Assembly: GCA_963799625.1 (NCBI GenBank) | Contig: CAWCXU010000002.1 | Location: 419,285-483,284, forward strand | DNA length: 64,000 nt | DNA from: an uncultured Actinomycetes bacterium | GTDB lineage: Bacteria; Actinomycetota; UBA4738; HRBIN12 | Direction: 5' to 3' | In this document: positions 50,747 through 61,722 of the stretch, in pieces | Layout: each line of letters begins with the position of its first letter | Position numbering within the stretch: position 1 is the first letter of the stretch | The notes under the pieces: model-generated | What the model was told of the DNA's origin: nothing | Database searches by the model: none | Seen by the model: the letters and a program-made list of their open reading frames with translations, nothing else | Position numbers and translations under genes: made by a program

Positions 50747-53700
50747 TCAGCTTCGCTTGACGACGCCCTTGACGGCGTCGACCTTCGACGAGTCGTGGCC
50801 CGACGTGACCTTCACGAGCGAAGACCACGAGGCAGTGCCGGTGGACTTCACGGCAACCTTCATCGTGATCGACTTGTACTGACCGGGACTGAGCGTGAAC
50901 GAGTAGTTCCCGGCGATGACCTTCGTCGTGTAGTTCGCCGCACCCACCATGTACGAAACGGTGTAGCCCTTCGCCGAGCCGCCACCGTTGACGGTGTAGG
51001 TGTCGGCGTCGGTACCGTCGTTCTCGATCTTCAGGGCGAACGAGACGGTCGAGCCGGCCTTGGTCTTGACGGTCTTCGTCTGGTTCTGGCCGGTCGAGTT
51101 GTAGATCCCGTTGCCGACGTACTTCCCGCCGTAGCCGATCCAAGCGTCGGGCTTGTGGTCGGCGAGGTCGATCGACCAGACCCGCGTCGTGTCCGCGCTG
51201 ATGTTGCCGAGCGCATCGATCCCTCGCACGTAGAAGGTGTGCTGTCCGGCCAAGAGCCCCGAGTAGTTCACGGGCGACGTGCACGGGGCGTAGGCGGTGC
51301 CATCGAGGTGGCACTGGAACGTAGCGCCGCTGTCCGGCGAGTCGAACGAGAACGATGCGTTGGTCACGTGGACGAACCCGCTCGGTCCCGAGTTGATGTG
51401 GACCACGGGAGGCGTCGTGTCGACGGTCCACGAGAAGGTCGCCGGGGCGGTGCTCTGGTTCCCTGCGGGGTCGGTCGCCCACACGGAGAAGGTGTGGTCG
51501 CCGTTCGTCACCGTCTGCGAGTAGCTCGACCCGCACGCGCTCGCGACGGCGGCGTCGATCTGGCAGACGAACGTCGAGCCTTGCTCGGACGAGTGGTACG
51601 TGAACTGTGCGTTCGTGTTGGCGGTCGGCGAGTTGGGTGTGTTGTCGATCCCGACCGTGGGCGGCGTCACGTCGACGGTCCAGTCGTACGTGGCCGGGTT
51701 CCCAACGTTGCTCAAGGAGTCGGAGGCTCGGACGGTGAACGTGTGGGCCCCTTCTGCCAATGAGTTGACGGCGCACCCCGGACGAACACGCCGCGATAGG
51801 GGTTGGAGTCAAGCTTGCACTCGAAGGTCGATCCCGGCTCGTTCGCGTGGAAGTTGAAGGTCGCGCTCGTGCTCGACGAGATGGACCCCGGTCCCCCGGC
51901 GTCGAACAGCGTGTCCGGTCCGTTCGCGTCGAGGAACACCTGGACCCGGTTGTTCAAGGTATCGGCGACCAGGATGCGGCCGTTCGGGGAGACCGCGATG
52001 CCCTGCGGTGACTCGAACTCGTTGACGGCGAGTCCGGCGACGCCGAGCTTCGACAGGTAGGTGCCCCCGCTCGTCAGCCGCTGGATCCGGTCGTTCGTGT
52101 ACTCGACCACCCACATCGTTCCCTCAGCGTCGAAGTCGAGGTCGCGCGGCGAGGCGAACTTGCCGTCGAGGCTGCTCGAGCCGGTCCCGGCGATCTTGCT
52201 CAGCCACGTCCCGTTCGGGTCGAACTCCTGGATCCGGTTGTTGCCGGTATCCGCGACCCAGACGTTCCCGGATCCGATCGATCGCGATCCCCCGGGGCAG
52301 CTTGAACTCACCGTTGCCGCTCGTCGGCCCGGAGCCCCACGCCGTGATGAACGCGCCACCGGATCCGAACTTCTGGATCCGGTTGTTGTTCGTGTCCGCG
52401 ACGAAGACGTTGCCCGAGGCGTCGACGGCGATCCCCGCGGGGCTGTCGAACATCGCGACCGAGGTGCCGAAGCTCCCCCATTGCGTGACGAAGCTCCCTG
52501 TGGGCGTGAACTCCTGGATGCGCTGGTTCCCCGTGTCGGCGACGTAGATGTTGCCGTTCGTGGGCGACACGGCGATCGCGGCCGGGTTCTGCAACTGACC
52601 CGCCGTGCTGCCCGTTCCGCCCCATTGCTGGAGGAACGTGCCGTCGGCCGCGAACTTCTGGATCACGTCGTCGGACTTGTTCGTCACGTACACGTTGTTG
52701 GACGCGTCGACCGCGACCCCGATCGGCGAGTCCTCGACACCCGGAGACGGGTATTCCCCCCACGCGGCATCCAGTGTCACCGCGGTCGAGTACCGCACGA
52801 TCCGGTCGTTCCCGGTGTCGGCCACGAAGAGCTTGTTGTTCGCGAAGGTGACCCCGACCGGCGCGGACAGCTGCCCCGAGCCGAGCGTCATCAGGAGCGT
52901 GCCGCCGATCGTGTACTCGCGCACCACGCCCGAGGATGAGGACACCCACACGTTCCCCGGATCCGTCGATCGCGATCCCGGTCGCCCCCGCCGATGCCCA
53001 CGAGGGGCCGGCGACGCCGTCGGTGGTGTAGGTCTTCACGTTGCTCCCATCCGTGGCCCAGACGGTGCCGCTGTTCACGAGCACGTCGCGAACGCCGGTC
53101 GCGGGCCAGGACAGGTCGAGCGTGCCGTCGGTCAGGTAGCGCACGATCCGGTCGTTGCCGGTGTCGGCGACGAAGAGCTTGCCTCCTCCGAACGACACGC
53201 CGCGCGGCGAGGAGAGCTGTGTCGCCCCGACCGTCGTGAGGAGGTTGTTGGACCCGTCGTACTCACGCACCACACCGTCGGCCATCGACGAGACCCAGAG
53301 GTTCCCGGATCCGTCGGGCGTCACCCCGCGCGCGCCGTTCGACGCCCACGAGGTGCCGGCCGCGCCGCCGGTGCTGTAGGTGGCCACCGTCGAGGCGCCG
53401 CGAGCGGCGACGATCGATCCGCCGCTGGTCGTCAGTCCCGTGACGCCGGTCGCCGCCCACGACGTCTCCTTCGAGGGTGTTCCGTACCGCACGACCCGGC
53501 CATCGCCCGTGTCGGCCACGTACAGCGTGCCGTCGCTCTGCATCGCCAGCCCCTGCGGCGAGGTGAGCTGGCCCGATCCGAGCGTCTCGAGAAGGGTGCC
53601 GGTTGTGTCGTACCGGCGCACGAGGCCCGAAGAAGCGGAGACCCAGAGGTCGCCTGTGGGTCCGGCCGCGAGGCTGTACGCGTTGGTAGGACCCGAACGA

Positions 53701-54389
53701 GCCGAGCAGCCCCCCCGAGGTGTTGTACGACTTGACCGTGTTCGCCGTCGACCCCGACCCACGACCGTGTCCGACCCGTCCACGGCGACACCCGTCGGGT
53801 TGTTCACCGCCCAGGAGTTCAGCCAGACACCGTTGGACGCGAACTTCTGGATCCGGTCGTTCACGTTGTCGGCGACGTACACGTTGCCGACCGAGTCGAT
53901 CGCGATGTCCAGCGGGTTCTTGAACTGCCCGTTCCCGATCCCGTACGCGCCCCAGCTGCCGAGGAAGGCGCCGCCGCTGTCGTAGTAGGAGATCTCGTTC
54001 GCCAGTGACGACGCGGCCCCGTTCTCCACGACGTAGATGTTGCCGTTGGGTGCGATCGTGATCGAGGTCGGGTTGACGATGTCGCCGGGGTTGCTCCCGT
54101 ACCCCGCGAGGACGTCGAGGAAGATCCCGTTCGGGTCGTATTTCACGATCCGGTCGTTCGATGACGTGCCTCCGAGGTCGGTGACGTAGACGTCGCCGGC
54201 GCCGTCGACCGCGACGTCCACGGGCGCGTCGTGCCGTGGCAGCCCGACCATGTGCGAGAAGGTCAAAGGCAGGCTCGCGTGCGCGGGCAGCGCGCCGAAG
54301 CCCGTCACGACGGTCGCGCCCACCACGACCAGCGCGAGCGCAGCTCGACGAGCGTGCCGGAACAGGCCGAGGGGGGTTGCTCGAGTCAC
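50747..54389 (-). pseudogene. Giant secreted NHL-repeat/bacterial-Ig-like domain protein (about 1200 aa), disrupted by four or more frame switches
   Basis: Signal peptide MTRATPLGLFRHARRAALALVVVGATVVTGFGALPAHA (ORF 52308..54389). Many NHL repeats follow (YVADNVNDRIQKF, YVADTGDGRVVRY, FVADTGNDRIVRY, YVADTGNQRIQEF, FVADTNNNRIQKF, WVADTGNNRIQEF, ILVADTLNNRVQVF). They are spread over ORFs 52308.., 52124.., 51712.. in different frames. C-terminal Ig-like repeats (…FTYHSSEQGSTFVCQIDAA… / …FSFDSPDSGATFQCHLDG…) are in ORF 50747..51760. Confidence 0.7.
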
Positions 54390-54473
54390 CGTTGGGTTGT
54401 CGGCCGTTTCGGGGATGCCCTTAACCCCGCCCGGGAGAGGGCCGGGCGCCTGCCGACCCGGGTGGGAGGGCCC

Positions 54474-55280
54474 TTACGCCGTGATGTCGCGCCGCCGGAG
54501 CCGCCACACCGCCAGCGTGAGGAAGACGGCGGTGTAGGCCGTGCTCACGATCAGCCCTCCCCGCATGGCGGCCAGGTCGACCGGGAAGCGGAACAGGCCC
54601 GTGTACCCGAGCCAGCCGTGGGTCGGGAGGAACGGTTGGATCGCGTGGAGGCTCGGGATCTGATCGGCGATCTGGCTCGCGATCGCGACGATCACGGTCG
54701 CGACGATCGCACCCGGACCCGAGTCGGTGAGCGTCGAGATCCACATGCCGACGGCGACGATGCCCGACGCCGCGAGCAGGATGAACGCGCCCGACGCGAA
54801 GATCCGCACGAGGCCGTCGGCGACCGACAGGGATGTGCCCGAGAGCGTCGGCATCGGATGGATCCCGAACACGACGCCTCCCGCGAGCAGGCCCGAGCAG
54901 ATCACGATCACCAGCAACGCCCCGGTGAACGTCATCGCCGCCCCGTACTTCGACATGATCAGCCGCGGCCGTCGCACCGGGCGAACCAACAGGTAGCGGA
55001 GCGTCCCGGTCTGCGCCTCGCCCGCGATCGCATCGCCGGCGAACAGCCCGATCGCGACCGACATGAAGAACGGCTGGACCAGCGCGAGGCCGGTGAGCGG
55101 CGCGAACAGCCCGTTCCTGACGATCTGCAACAGGAACGGCGGTGCGTCCTGCGAGTTCTCGGGCGGCGGCGGCGAGAGGCGGACCGCGACGACGACGAGG
55201 ACCGGGATGCCGGCGAGCGCGGCCGCGAGCAGCCAGGTACGCCACCGCCGCACCTGCTTCGAGAGCTCAACGCGGTACAT
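54474..55280 (-). CDS. ABC-2 type transporter permease
   Basis: 268-aa, 6-TM ABC-2 permease pattern. It overlaps the upstream ATPase gene by 14 nt. Confidence 0.85.
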   Translation of the reverse strand: MYRVELSKQVRRWRTWLLAAALAGIPVLVVVAVRLSPPPPENSQDAPPFLLQIVRNGLFAPLTGLALVQPFFMSVAIGLFAGDAIAGEAQTGTLRYLLVRPVRRPRLIMSKYGAAMTFTGALLVIVICSGLLAGGVVFGIHPMPTLSGTSLSVADGLVRIFASGAFILLAASGIVAVGMWISTLTDSGPGAIVATVIVAIASQIADQIPSLHAIQPFLPTHGWLGYTGLFRFPVDLAAMRGGLIVSTAYTAVFLTLAVWRLRRRDITA

Positions 55281-56202
55281 CGATGCCCTCGACGAGATGG
55301 AGGAAGACGTCTTCGAGCGTGTCCCGCTGCGGTTCGAGCGCGTGCACGCGGATCCCGCCGCGCACCAAGGCGGCGTTCACGTCGGCCGCCCCCGACCCGT
55401 CGGAGAGCGTGACGTCGATGACCCCCGGTCCCGGGCTCGTCGGCGCCACCGAGACGTCCGGCCACCGGGCGAGCACGGCGCGGGCGGCGTCCGCGTCGTC
55501 CACCGTGATCCGGATCCGATCGGTCGTGCCGCGGAGGGTCCCCGGCGGCCCCTCGGCGACCAGGCGCCCCCGCGCCATCACGCCGACCCGGTCGCACATC
55601 GCCTCCACCTCCGCCAGGAGGTGGCTGGAGATGAAGATCGTCGTCCCGCCGTCCGCGAGCCGGCGCAGGAGCTCTCGGATCTCGCGCATCCCCGACGGAT
55701 CGAGCCCGTTCGTCGGCTCGTCGAGCGTCAGCAGCTCGGGGTCGCCGACCAGGGCGAGCGCGATCCCGAGTCGCTGGCGCATCCCCTGGCTGTACTGCTT
55801 CACGCGCTTGCCGGCCGCGTCGGTCAACCCGACCGTGTGCAACACGTCATCGATCCGTCCGAGCCGCGCGCGGACGTCCGTCCGGTCGCTCCCGGCGCGG
55901 GCGAACGCCTCCAGGTTGCGCCGGCCCGAGAGGTAGGGCCAGAACGCCGGCTCCTCGACGAGCGCGCCGACCCGCTCGAGCGGGCCGTGCCCGGTCGTCA
56001 CGCTCGAGCCGAGCACCTCGATCGCGCCACCGGTCGGGTGGATCAGCCCGAGGGCCATCCGGATCGTCGTCGTCTTGCCCGCGCCGTTCGGACCGAGGAA
56101 GCCGTAGAGCTCCCCGCGCTCGACGGTGAGATCGAGGCCGTCCACGGCGGCCAGGTCGCCGTACCTCTTGCTCAGACCGACCGCTCGGATCGCTGCCGTC
56201 AC
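55267..56202 (-). CDS. ABC transporter ATP-binding protein
   Basis: Walker A GPNGAGKTTT, ABC signature YSQGMRQRLGIA and Walker B LLTLDEP. The probable GTG start at 56202 overlaps the upstream gene stop. Confidence 0.88.
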   Translation of the reverse strand: MTAAIRAVGLSKRYGDLAAVDGLDLTVERGELYGFLGPNGAGKTTTIRMALGLIHPTGGAIEVLGSSVTTGHGPLERVGALVEEPAFWPYLSGRRNLEAFARAGSDRTDVRARLGRIDDVLHTVGLTDAAGKRVKQYSQGMRQRLGIALALVGDPELLTLDEPTNGLDPSGMREIRELLRRLADGGTTIFISSHLLAEVEAMCDRVGVMARGRLVAEGPPGTLRGTTDRIRITVDDADAARAVLARWPDVSVAPTSPGPGVIDVTLSDGSGAADVNAALVRGGIRVHALEPQRDTLEDVFLHLVEGIDVPR

Positions 56203-57326
56203 GGCAGCGCGGCGGCGCGGTCCTGCAACGTCGCGACGTCCACGGGCCCGACGAGGAGCCAGCTCGTGCCCCCGTGCTCGGCCTCGACCGCGGAGAAGAG
56301 CGGGCCGCTGTACGGGAGCAGGGCGGTGACCTCCGGTGGGAGGGGCTGGCCGAGCGGCACCGCAACCGACGTATCCAGGCACGATCCCTCGGTGACCGCT
56401 CCCCCGTCGCCCGGTGCAACGTCCTTGCGATGGGCGGCTTTGGTGACGGCCGAGGCGACCTGGTCCGTGACGTCGCGCACCGTCGCGTCGGTCGGTGGCA
56501 CGAACACGAACATCGACGGGTCGATCGGTCCGAAGGAGACCGACGTGAAGCCGGCCTCGAGGGCAGGCGCGGATGCGCCTCGCGCGGTGACCGAGACGTC
56601 GAGCGGCAGGCGTGTCTGGGCATCGATCGCGATCGCCACGTCGCCAACCAGCGTCTGGGACGATGCGGGCGTGAGATGGACGACGTAGGCGTCACGCCCG
56701 GCGAACACGGCGGGATCGCCCACGCTGACGCTGCCGCAGGTCGACGCCAGCGCGAGCAGATGCTTCGCGAGCACCATCGGGTCGGCGTTCGCGATCTGCG
56801 CCGGATCGTTCGTCGTCGGAGCCGGCAGGACCGGGGTAACCCCGGCTGCGCGCAGCTTCGTCGCCGTCGCGGTCGCCGAGTCCCAGAACCACGCCTGCGA
56901 CGGGTTCGCGACCAGGTCCTGTTCCTGGAGGTCGGTGATGTGCTGGACCCGGATGCCGTCGGGAGAGCTCCACACGCGGAAGCGCTGGTTCCCGACCAGC
57001 GAGCCGAGCACGCTCGTGACCCCGAGCTGGCCCGCCGGGCCGCTCAGCGACGCCGGGATCTCGGGGAGCCCCAGGTCGAGCCGCGTGCGGACGTCGCCGG
57101 AGACGGCGTGCGGGACCCGGAGCGCGGCGATGCTCGATGCGACGAGTTGCTGGGCCGTGATGCTCGGGAGGTTCGGCGCCGGGTCGGCGCGAACCTTGGT
57201 GATCCCGATCGCCACGCTCGCGACCACCACGAGGACGACGATCGCGGCGACGAGCGATCCTGGGAGGCGGCGGAGGCGGGTCACAGCTCCCTTCGTATCA
57301 CCGCGGCCCGCGAGCGCCCATCGCAC
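56199..57326 (-). CDS. Hypothetical membrane-anchored protein (LolA-like/DUF4367-type fold suspected) in an operon with the ABC-2 exporter
   Basis: N-terminal TM (LVAAIVVLVVVASVAIG) followed by a soluble domain of about 330 aa with no catalytic motifs. Family assignment is tentative. The start is uncertain. Confidence 0.5.
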   Translation of the reverse strand: MRWALAGRGDTKGAVTRLRRLPGSLVAAIVVLVVVASVAIGITKVRADPAPNLPSITAQQLVASSIAALRVPHAVSGDVRTRLDLGLPEIPASLSGPAGQLGVTSVLGSLVGNQRFRVWSSPDGIRVQHITDLQEQDLVANPSQAWFWDSATATATKLRAAGVTPVLPAPTTNDPAQIANADPMVLAKHLLALASTCGSVSVGDPAVFAGRDAYVVHLTPASSQTLVGDVAIAIDAQTRLPLDVSVTARGASAPALEAGFTSVSFGPIDPSMFVFVPPTDATVRDVTDQVASAVTKAAHRKDVAPGDGGAVTEGSCLDTSVAVPLGQPLPPEVTALLPYSGPLFSAVEAEHGGTSWLLVGPVDVATLQDRAAALP

Positions 57327-57366
57327 GGGCAGGAATCGCGCAGGTTCAGCACAGCGTCCGCCGGCC

Positions 57367-58137
57367 TCAGCGGGCGGTCAGCACCTCGACGCCGGTCTCG
57401 GTCACGGCCACGGTGTGCTCGAAGTGCGCTGCGAGGGAACCGTCGGCGGTGTCGACCGTCCACCCGTCGGGCTGCACCCGGGTCGCATCGCCGCCGAGGG
57501 TGAGCATCGGCTCGATCGCGATCACCAGCCCGGGCTTCAGCTCGGGGCCGCGGCCGGCGGGGCCCCAGTTCTGGATGAAGGGGTCCTCATGCATCGCCCG
57601 GCCGATCCCGTGGCCGCCGTACTCGCGCACGATCCCCAACCCGTGCGCGATCGCGGCCTGCTCGATCGCGTGGCCGATGTCGGACAGCCGGCCACCGGGG
57701 CGCACGACCGCGATCGCCGCGTCGAGCGCGGCCTCGGTCGCCTCGGACAGGCGCTTCGCGTCGTCGCCGGGCGGCGCGCCCGCGAACACGGTGACGGCGG
57801 AGTCGGAGTGGAACCCCTCCCAGATCGCGCCGAAGTCCAGTGACACGAGGTCGCCGTCGCGGAGCACACGGTCGGCCGACGGGATGCCGTGGACGATCTC
57901 GTCGTTGATCGAGGCGCAGATCGTCGCGGGGAACGGGATGCGGCCGCCGCCGCCGCCGTACCCGAGGAACGACGGCTCGGCGCCGGCGTCGGCGATCACC
58001 CGCGCCGCGATCCGATCGAGCTCGAGCGTCGTGACACCGGGCGCCACCGCCTCGACCACGCGCGTGATCGTCTCGGCGACCACGGCGCCGGCCCGGCGCA
58101 TCAGCTCGAGCTCGCTCGCGGACTTCCGGATGATCAT
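57367..58137 (-). CDS. map: Type I methionine aminopeptidase
   Basis: …MRRAGAVVAETI… has the metal ligands in the order …DLVSLDFGAIWEGFHSD…HGIGRAMHEDP…IEPMLTLG… The likely start is MIIRKSASE at 58137. Confidence 0.93.
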   Translation of the reverse strand: MIIRKSASELELMRRAGAVVAETITRVVEAVAPGVTTLELDRIAARVIADAGAEPSFLGYGGGGGRIPFPATICASINDEIVHGIPSADRVLRDGDLVSLDFGAIWEGFHSDSAVTVFAGAPPGDDAKRLSEATEAALDAAIAVVRPGGRLSDIGHAIEQAAIAHGLGIVREYGGHGIGRAMHEDPFIQNWGPAGRGPELKPGLVIAIEPMLTLGGDATRVQPDGWTVDTADGSLAAHFEHTVAVTETGVEVLTAR

Positions 58138-58147
58138 CGCGTGCACC

Positions 58148-58798
58148 TCACAGCAGGTCCCGGAGCGCCTCGAACATCCGCTCGCTCACGTCGGTGAGCG
58201 GCGCGGTGGCGTCGACCGCCCGCAAGAGCTCGCGCTCGGCGTAGAACGCCTCGAGCGGCTGGGTCTGGTCCCGGTAGATCGCGAGCCGTCGCTTCACGGT
58301 CAGGGTGTCCTCGTCGTCGCGCTTCTCCAGCGGCGTGCCGTCGACGTCGCACAGGCGGTCGGTGGCCGGCGGGCGGAACTCCTGATGATAGGTGCGCTTG
58401 CAGGCCGGGCACGTGAACCGCCCGGTGATCCGCCGGATCGCGATGTCGTCGGTGATCAGGAACTGCACGACCGCATCGAGCGGGGTGCCCGACGTCTGCA
58501 GCACCTCCTCGAGCACGCGCGCCTGCGGCACGGTCCGCGGGAACCCGTCGAGGATGAACCCCTTGGTCGCGTCCGGCTCACGCAGCCGCTCGTCGACCAT
58601 CTGGACCACCACGCCGTCGGGCACATACTCGCCGCGGTCCATGAACGTGCGCGCCCGGATCCCGAGCGGCGTGCCCTCCTGGACGGCCTCGCGGAGCGTG
58701 TCGCCCGTCGAGATCTGCGGGATCCCGAGGTGCTCGGACAGGACGCGCGCCTGCGTGCCCTTCCCTGCGCCCGGCAATCCCAAGAAGACGAACCGCAT
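58148..58798 (-). CDS. adk: Adenylate kinase (long form with a Cys4 LID)
   Basis: MRFVFLGLPGAGKGTQA…CPACKRTYH… shows the P-loop and a zinc-LID-type motif. Confidence 0.95.
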   Translation of the reverse strand: MRFVFLGLPGAGKGTQARVLSEHLGIPQISTGDTLREAVQEGTPLGIRARTFMDRGEYVPDGVVVQMVDERLREPDATKGFILDGFPRTVPQARVLEEVLQTSGTPLDAVVQFLITDDIAIRRITGRFTCPACKRTYHQEFRPPATDRLCDVDGTPLEKRDDEDTLTVKRRLAIYRDQTQPLEAFYAERELLRAVDATAPLTDVSERMFEALRDLL

Positions 58799-58817
58799 CG
58801 GGTGCGCCCCTTGCCCG

Positions 58818-60095
58818 CTAGCTGAGGAAGCCCTCGTAGTGGCGCATCATCAGCTGCGACTCGATCTGCTTCATCGTCTCGAGCGCGACCCCGACGGCGA
58901 TCAGGATCGACGTGCCGCCGAACGGGAACTGATCGATGTGCCAGTACGCGAGCACGATCGTCGGGATCAACGCGATCGCGGCCAGGAACAGCGACCCGGG
59001 CAGCGTGATCCGCACCAAGATCGCGTTCAGGTAGTCGGCGGTCGGCGGTCCCGGACGGATCCCCGGCACGAACCCGCCGTTCTTGCGCAGGTTGTCGGCC
59101 GTGCGGACCGGGTCGAACTGGATCGCCGTGTAGAAGTACGCGAAGAACACGATCAGACCGGCGAGCAGGGCCATGTACACCCAGTTCGCCGTGTTCGAGA
59201 TGTAGCGGTTCACGAAGTCCTGGAACCACTGCGCGTGGATCACGCTGGCCAGCAGCACCGGGAAGTACAGGATCGAGTTCGCGAAGATGATCGGGATCAC
59301 GCCGGCCTGGTTGACCTTGAGGGGCAGGTAGGTCGAGCCGCCCATCGTCTGCTTGCGCCCGACGACCCGCTTCGCGTACTGGATCGGGATCCGTCGCTGG
59401 CCCTGGTCCATGTAGACCACGGCGACGATGATCGCGATGCCGATCATCAGCACCACCACGAACTTGCCGGGGCCGCCGCTTCGCAGGATCGCGCTGCCCT
59501 CGAACGGCAGCCGGCTGATCACCGCGGTGAAGATCAGGATCGACATACCGTTGCCGACGCCGCGCTGGGTGATCAGCTCGCCGAGCCACATGATCAGCGC
59601 CGTGCCGGCGGTCATCGTGAGGACGATCAGCAGGACGTTCGTCGGCTTGAACGAGCCGGGCACCGTGAACAGGTCGGGGATCTGCTGGCTCGCGCCGTTG
59701 TGGAACAGGAACACGAGCCCGGCCGACTGCAGGAACGCCAGCGCGACCGTGACGTAGCGGGTGGTCTGGTTGATCTTCTTCGTCCCCGCCTCGCCCTGGT
59801 CCTGCCACTGGGCGAGCTTGGGGATCACCACGGTCATCAGCTGGATGATGATCGAGCTGGTGATGTAGGGCATGATCCCGAGCGAGAACACCGAGAAGTG
59901 GCCGATGCCGCCCCCCGAGAACAGCGACAACAGGTCGAGGAACCCGCCGTGCGCCTGGTTCTCCAGGACGCTCGTGTCGACGACCGGCACCGGGACGTGG
60001 TTCCCCAACCGGAAGAGCACGATGATGAATAGCGTGAAGAGGATCTTGTTTCGAAGATCCGGCACCCGGAACGAGTTGAGGAACGCCTTCAGCAC
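58818..60095 (-). CDS. secY: Preprotein translocase subunit SecY
   Basis: MLKAFLNSFRVPDLRNKILFTLFIIVLFRLGNHVPVP… is a 425-aa, 10-TM SecY. Confidence 0.95.
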   Translation of the reverse strand: MLKAFLNSFRVPDLRNKILFTLFIIVLFRLGNHVPVPVVDTSVLENQAHGGFLDLLSLFSGGGIGHFSVFSLGIMPYITSSIIIQLMTVVIPKLAQWQDQGEAGTKKINQTTRYVTVALAFLQSAGLVFLFHNGASQQIPDLFTVPGSFKPTNVLLIVLTMTAGTALIMWLGELITQRGVGNGMSILIFTAVISRLPFEGSAILRSGGPGKFVVVLMIGIAIIVAVVYMDQGQRRIPIQYAKRVVGRKQTMGGSTYLPLKVNQAGVIPIIFANSILYFPVLLASVIHAQWFQDFVNRYISNTANWVYMALLAGLIVFFAYFYTAIQFDPVRTADNLRKNGGFVPGIRPGPPTADYLNAILVRITLPGSLFLAAIALIPTIVLAYWHIDQFPFGGTSILIAVGVALETMKQIESQLMMRHYEGFLS

Positions 60096-60150
60096 GCCCG
60101 GCTAGCCTACCCTTCCTTTGGCCTTCCTTGCCCTTAGCTCGGCCTGCGGC

Positions 60151-60585
60151 TCAGCGCAGGGTCTCCGTGGTGCCCCCGGCGGCCTCGATCTTGGCCTTGG
60201 CGGTCGCGGAGAACGCGTGCGCCTTCACGGTGAGCGCCTTGTCGATATCGCCGCGCCCCAGCACCTTGACCTTCGCGCCCTTGTGGGCCAGGCCATGTGC
60301 GTAGAGCTCCGCGGGCGAGACCTCGCCGTCGAAGTACTGGGCCAGCACCTCGACGTTCACCGGGGCGTACTCGACCCGGTTCGGGTTGGAGAACCCCTTC
60401 AGCTTGGGGACCCGCCGCTGGTAGGGCATCTGGCCGCCCTCGAAGTAGGCGGGCACGTTCTTGCGCGCGCCGGTGCCCTTCGTGCCGCGGCCCGCGGTCT
60501 TGCCGCGCGCGCCGGCGCGCCCGCGCCCGACGCGCGTGCGCTCCTTCTTGGATCCTTCGGCAGGGTGCAGATGGTGGAGCTTCAT
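60151..60585 (-). CDS. rplO: 50S ribosomal protein L15
   Basis: [54 protein letters not shown]… matches L15. Confidence 0.95.
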   Translation of the reverse strand: MKLHHLHPAEGSKKERTRVGRGRAGARGKTAGRGTKGTGARKNVPAYFEGGQMPYQRRVPKLKGFSNPNRVEYAPVNVEVLAQYFDGEVSPAELYAHGLAHKGAKVKVLGRGDIDKALTVKAHAFSATAKAKIEAAGGTTETLR

Positions 60586-60764
60586 CGCATCTCCTCGACG
60601 GTCACGAGGTGGCGGACCTTGGCGATCATCCCGCGGATGTCGGGGCGGTCGTCCTTCACCACGGTGTCGTGCATCCGGTGCAGGCCGAGCCGGCGGATCG
60701 TCGACTTCTGGTCCTTCGGACGGCCGATCGCGCTGCGGACCTGCGTCACCTTGAGCTGCGCCAT
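60582..60764 (-). CDS. rpmD: 50S ribosomal protein L30
   Basis: [60 protein letters not shown]. The start lies inside the long artefactual ORF 60582..61520. Confidence 0.92.
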   Translation of the reverse strand: MAQLKVTQVRSAIGRPKDQKSTIRRLGLHRMHDTVVKDDRPDIRGMIAKVRHLVTVEEMR

Positions 60765-61375
60765 CAGGACCCGCCGCCTTCGACGCCGTACTGCTCGCTC
60801 AGCGCCTCGGCGCGCGCCGCGTTCATGCGGTCCTGCGCCGCGGCGACCGCCTCGAGCATCGGCTTGGGCGCGACCTGGTGCAGGTCGCGGCCGCGCACGG
60901 TCGCGACCATCTGCGGGGTGCGCAGCGACTTCAGGCCCGACACGGCGGCCTTCAGGATGTTGATCTGGTTCGAGGAGCCCATCGACTTGGACAAGATGTC
61001 CTTGATGCCGGCGCACTCGACCAGCGCCCGCACCGGGCCGCCGGCGATCACGCCGGTCCCCGGCGCCGCCGGCTTCAACAGCACCCGGCCCGCGCCGGCC
61101 TCGCCCATCACCTCGTGCGGGATCGTGCTGCCCATCATCGGGACCTCGAACATCGCGCGGCGCGCGGCCTCGACGCCCTTCGCGATCGCGGAGGGCACCT
61201 CCTTGGCCTTGCCGTAGCCGACGCCCACGCGGCCCGCGCCGTCGCCGACGACGACGAGCGCGGCGAAGGAGAACCGGCGTCCGCCCTTGACCACCTTGGC
61301 GACGCGGTTGATCGAGATGACCCGCTCTTCGAACGGGCTCTTCTCGTCGTTCTTGGAATCGTAGCGTCGCACCAT
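60764..61375 (-). CDS. rpsE: 30S ribosomal protein S5
   Basis: …[50 protein letters not shown]… matches S5. Confidence 0.95.
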   Translation of the reverse strand: MVRRYDSKNDEKSPFEERVISINRVAKVVKGGRRFSFAALVVVGDGAGRVGVGYGKAKEVPSAIAKGVEAARRAMFEVPMMGSTIPHEVMGEAGAGRVLLKPAAPGTGVIAGGPVRALVECAGIKDILSKSMGSSNQINILKAAVSGLKSLRTPQMVATVRGRDLHQVAPKPMLEAVAAAQDRMNAARAEALSEQYGVEGGGS

Positions 61376-61722
61376 CAGATCTCGAGACCTCCCTCACGGG
61401 CGCCGGCCGCCAGGGCCGCCACCCGTCCGTGGAACTGGAATCCGCCGCGGTCGAACACGGCGGTATCGATCCCGGCGTCCTTCGCGCGCGTCGCGAGCAA
61501 CGCGCCGACCGCCTTCGCACGCTCGGTCGGGTTCGCGGCCTGCACCTCCGCGTCGGAGGCGGCCGCCAGGGTGCGCTCGGCGCGATCGTCGATCAGCTGG
61601 GCGTAGATGTGCCGGTTCGACCGGTAGACCGCCAGGCGCGGCCGGGCGGCCTCGCCTTGCACCTTCTTGCGCACGCGGGCGTGCCGCCGGATGCGCGCGT
61701 CGCTCTTGGCTTTCGCTTCCAT
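61375..61722 (-). CDS. rplR: 50S ribosomal protein L18
   Basis: …[34 protein letters not shown]… matches L18. Confidence 0.95.
   Translation of the reverse strand: MEAKAKSDARIRRHARVRKKVQGEAARPRLAVYRSNRHIYAQLIDDRAERTLAAASDAEVQAANPTERAKAVGALLATRAKDAGIDTAVFDRGGFQFHGRVAALAAGAREGGLEI

Noticed and set aside
58392-60032. 546-aa plus-strand ORF
   Set aside because: It is antisense to adk and secY.
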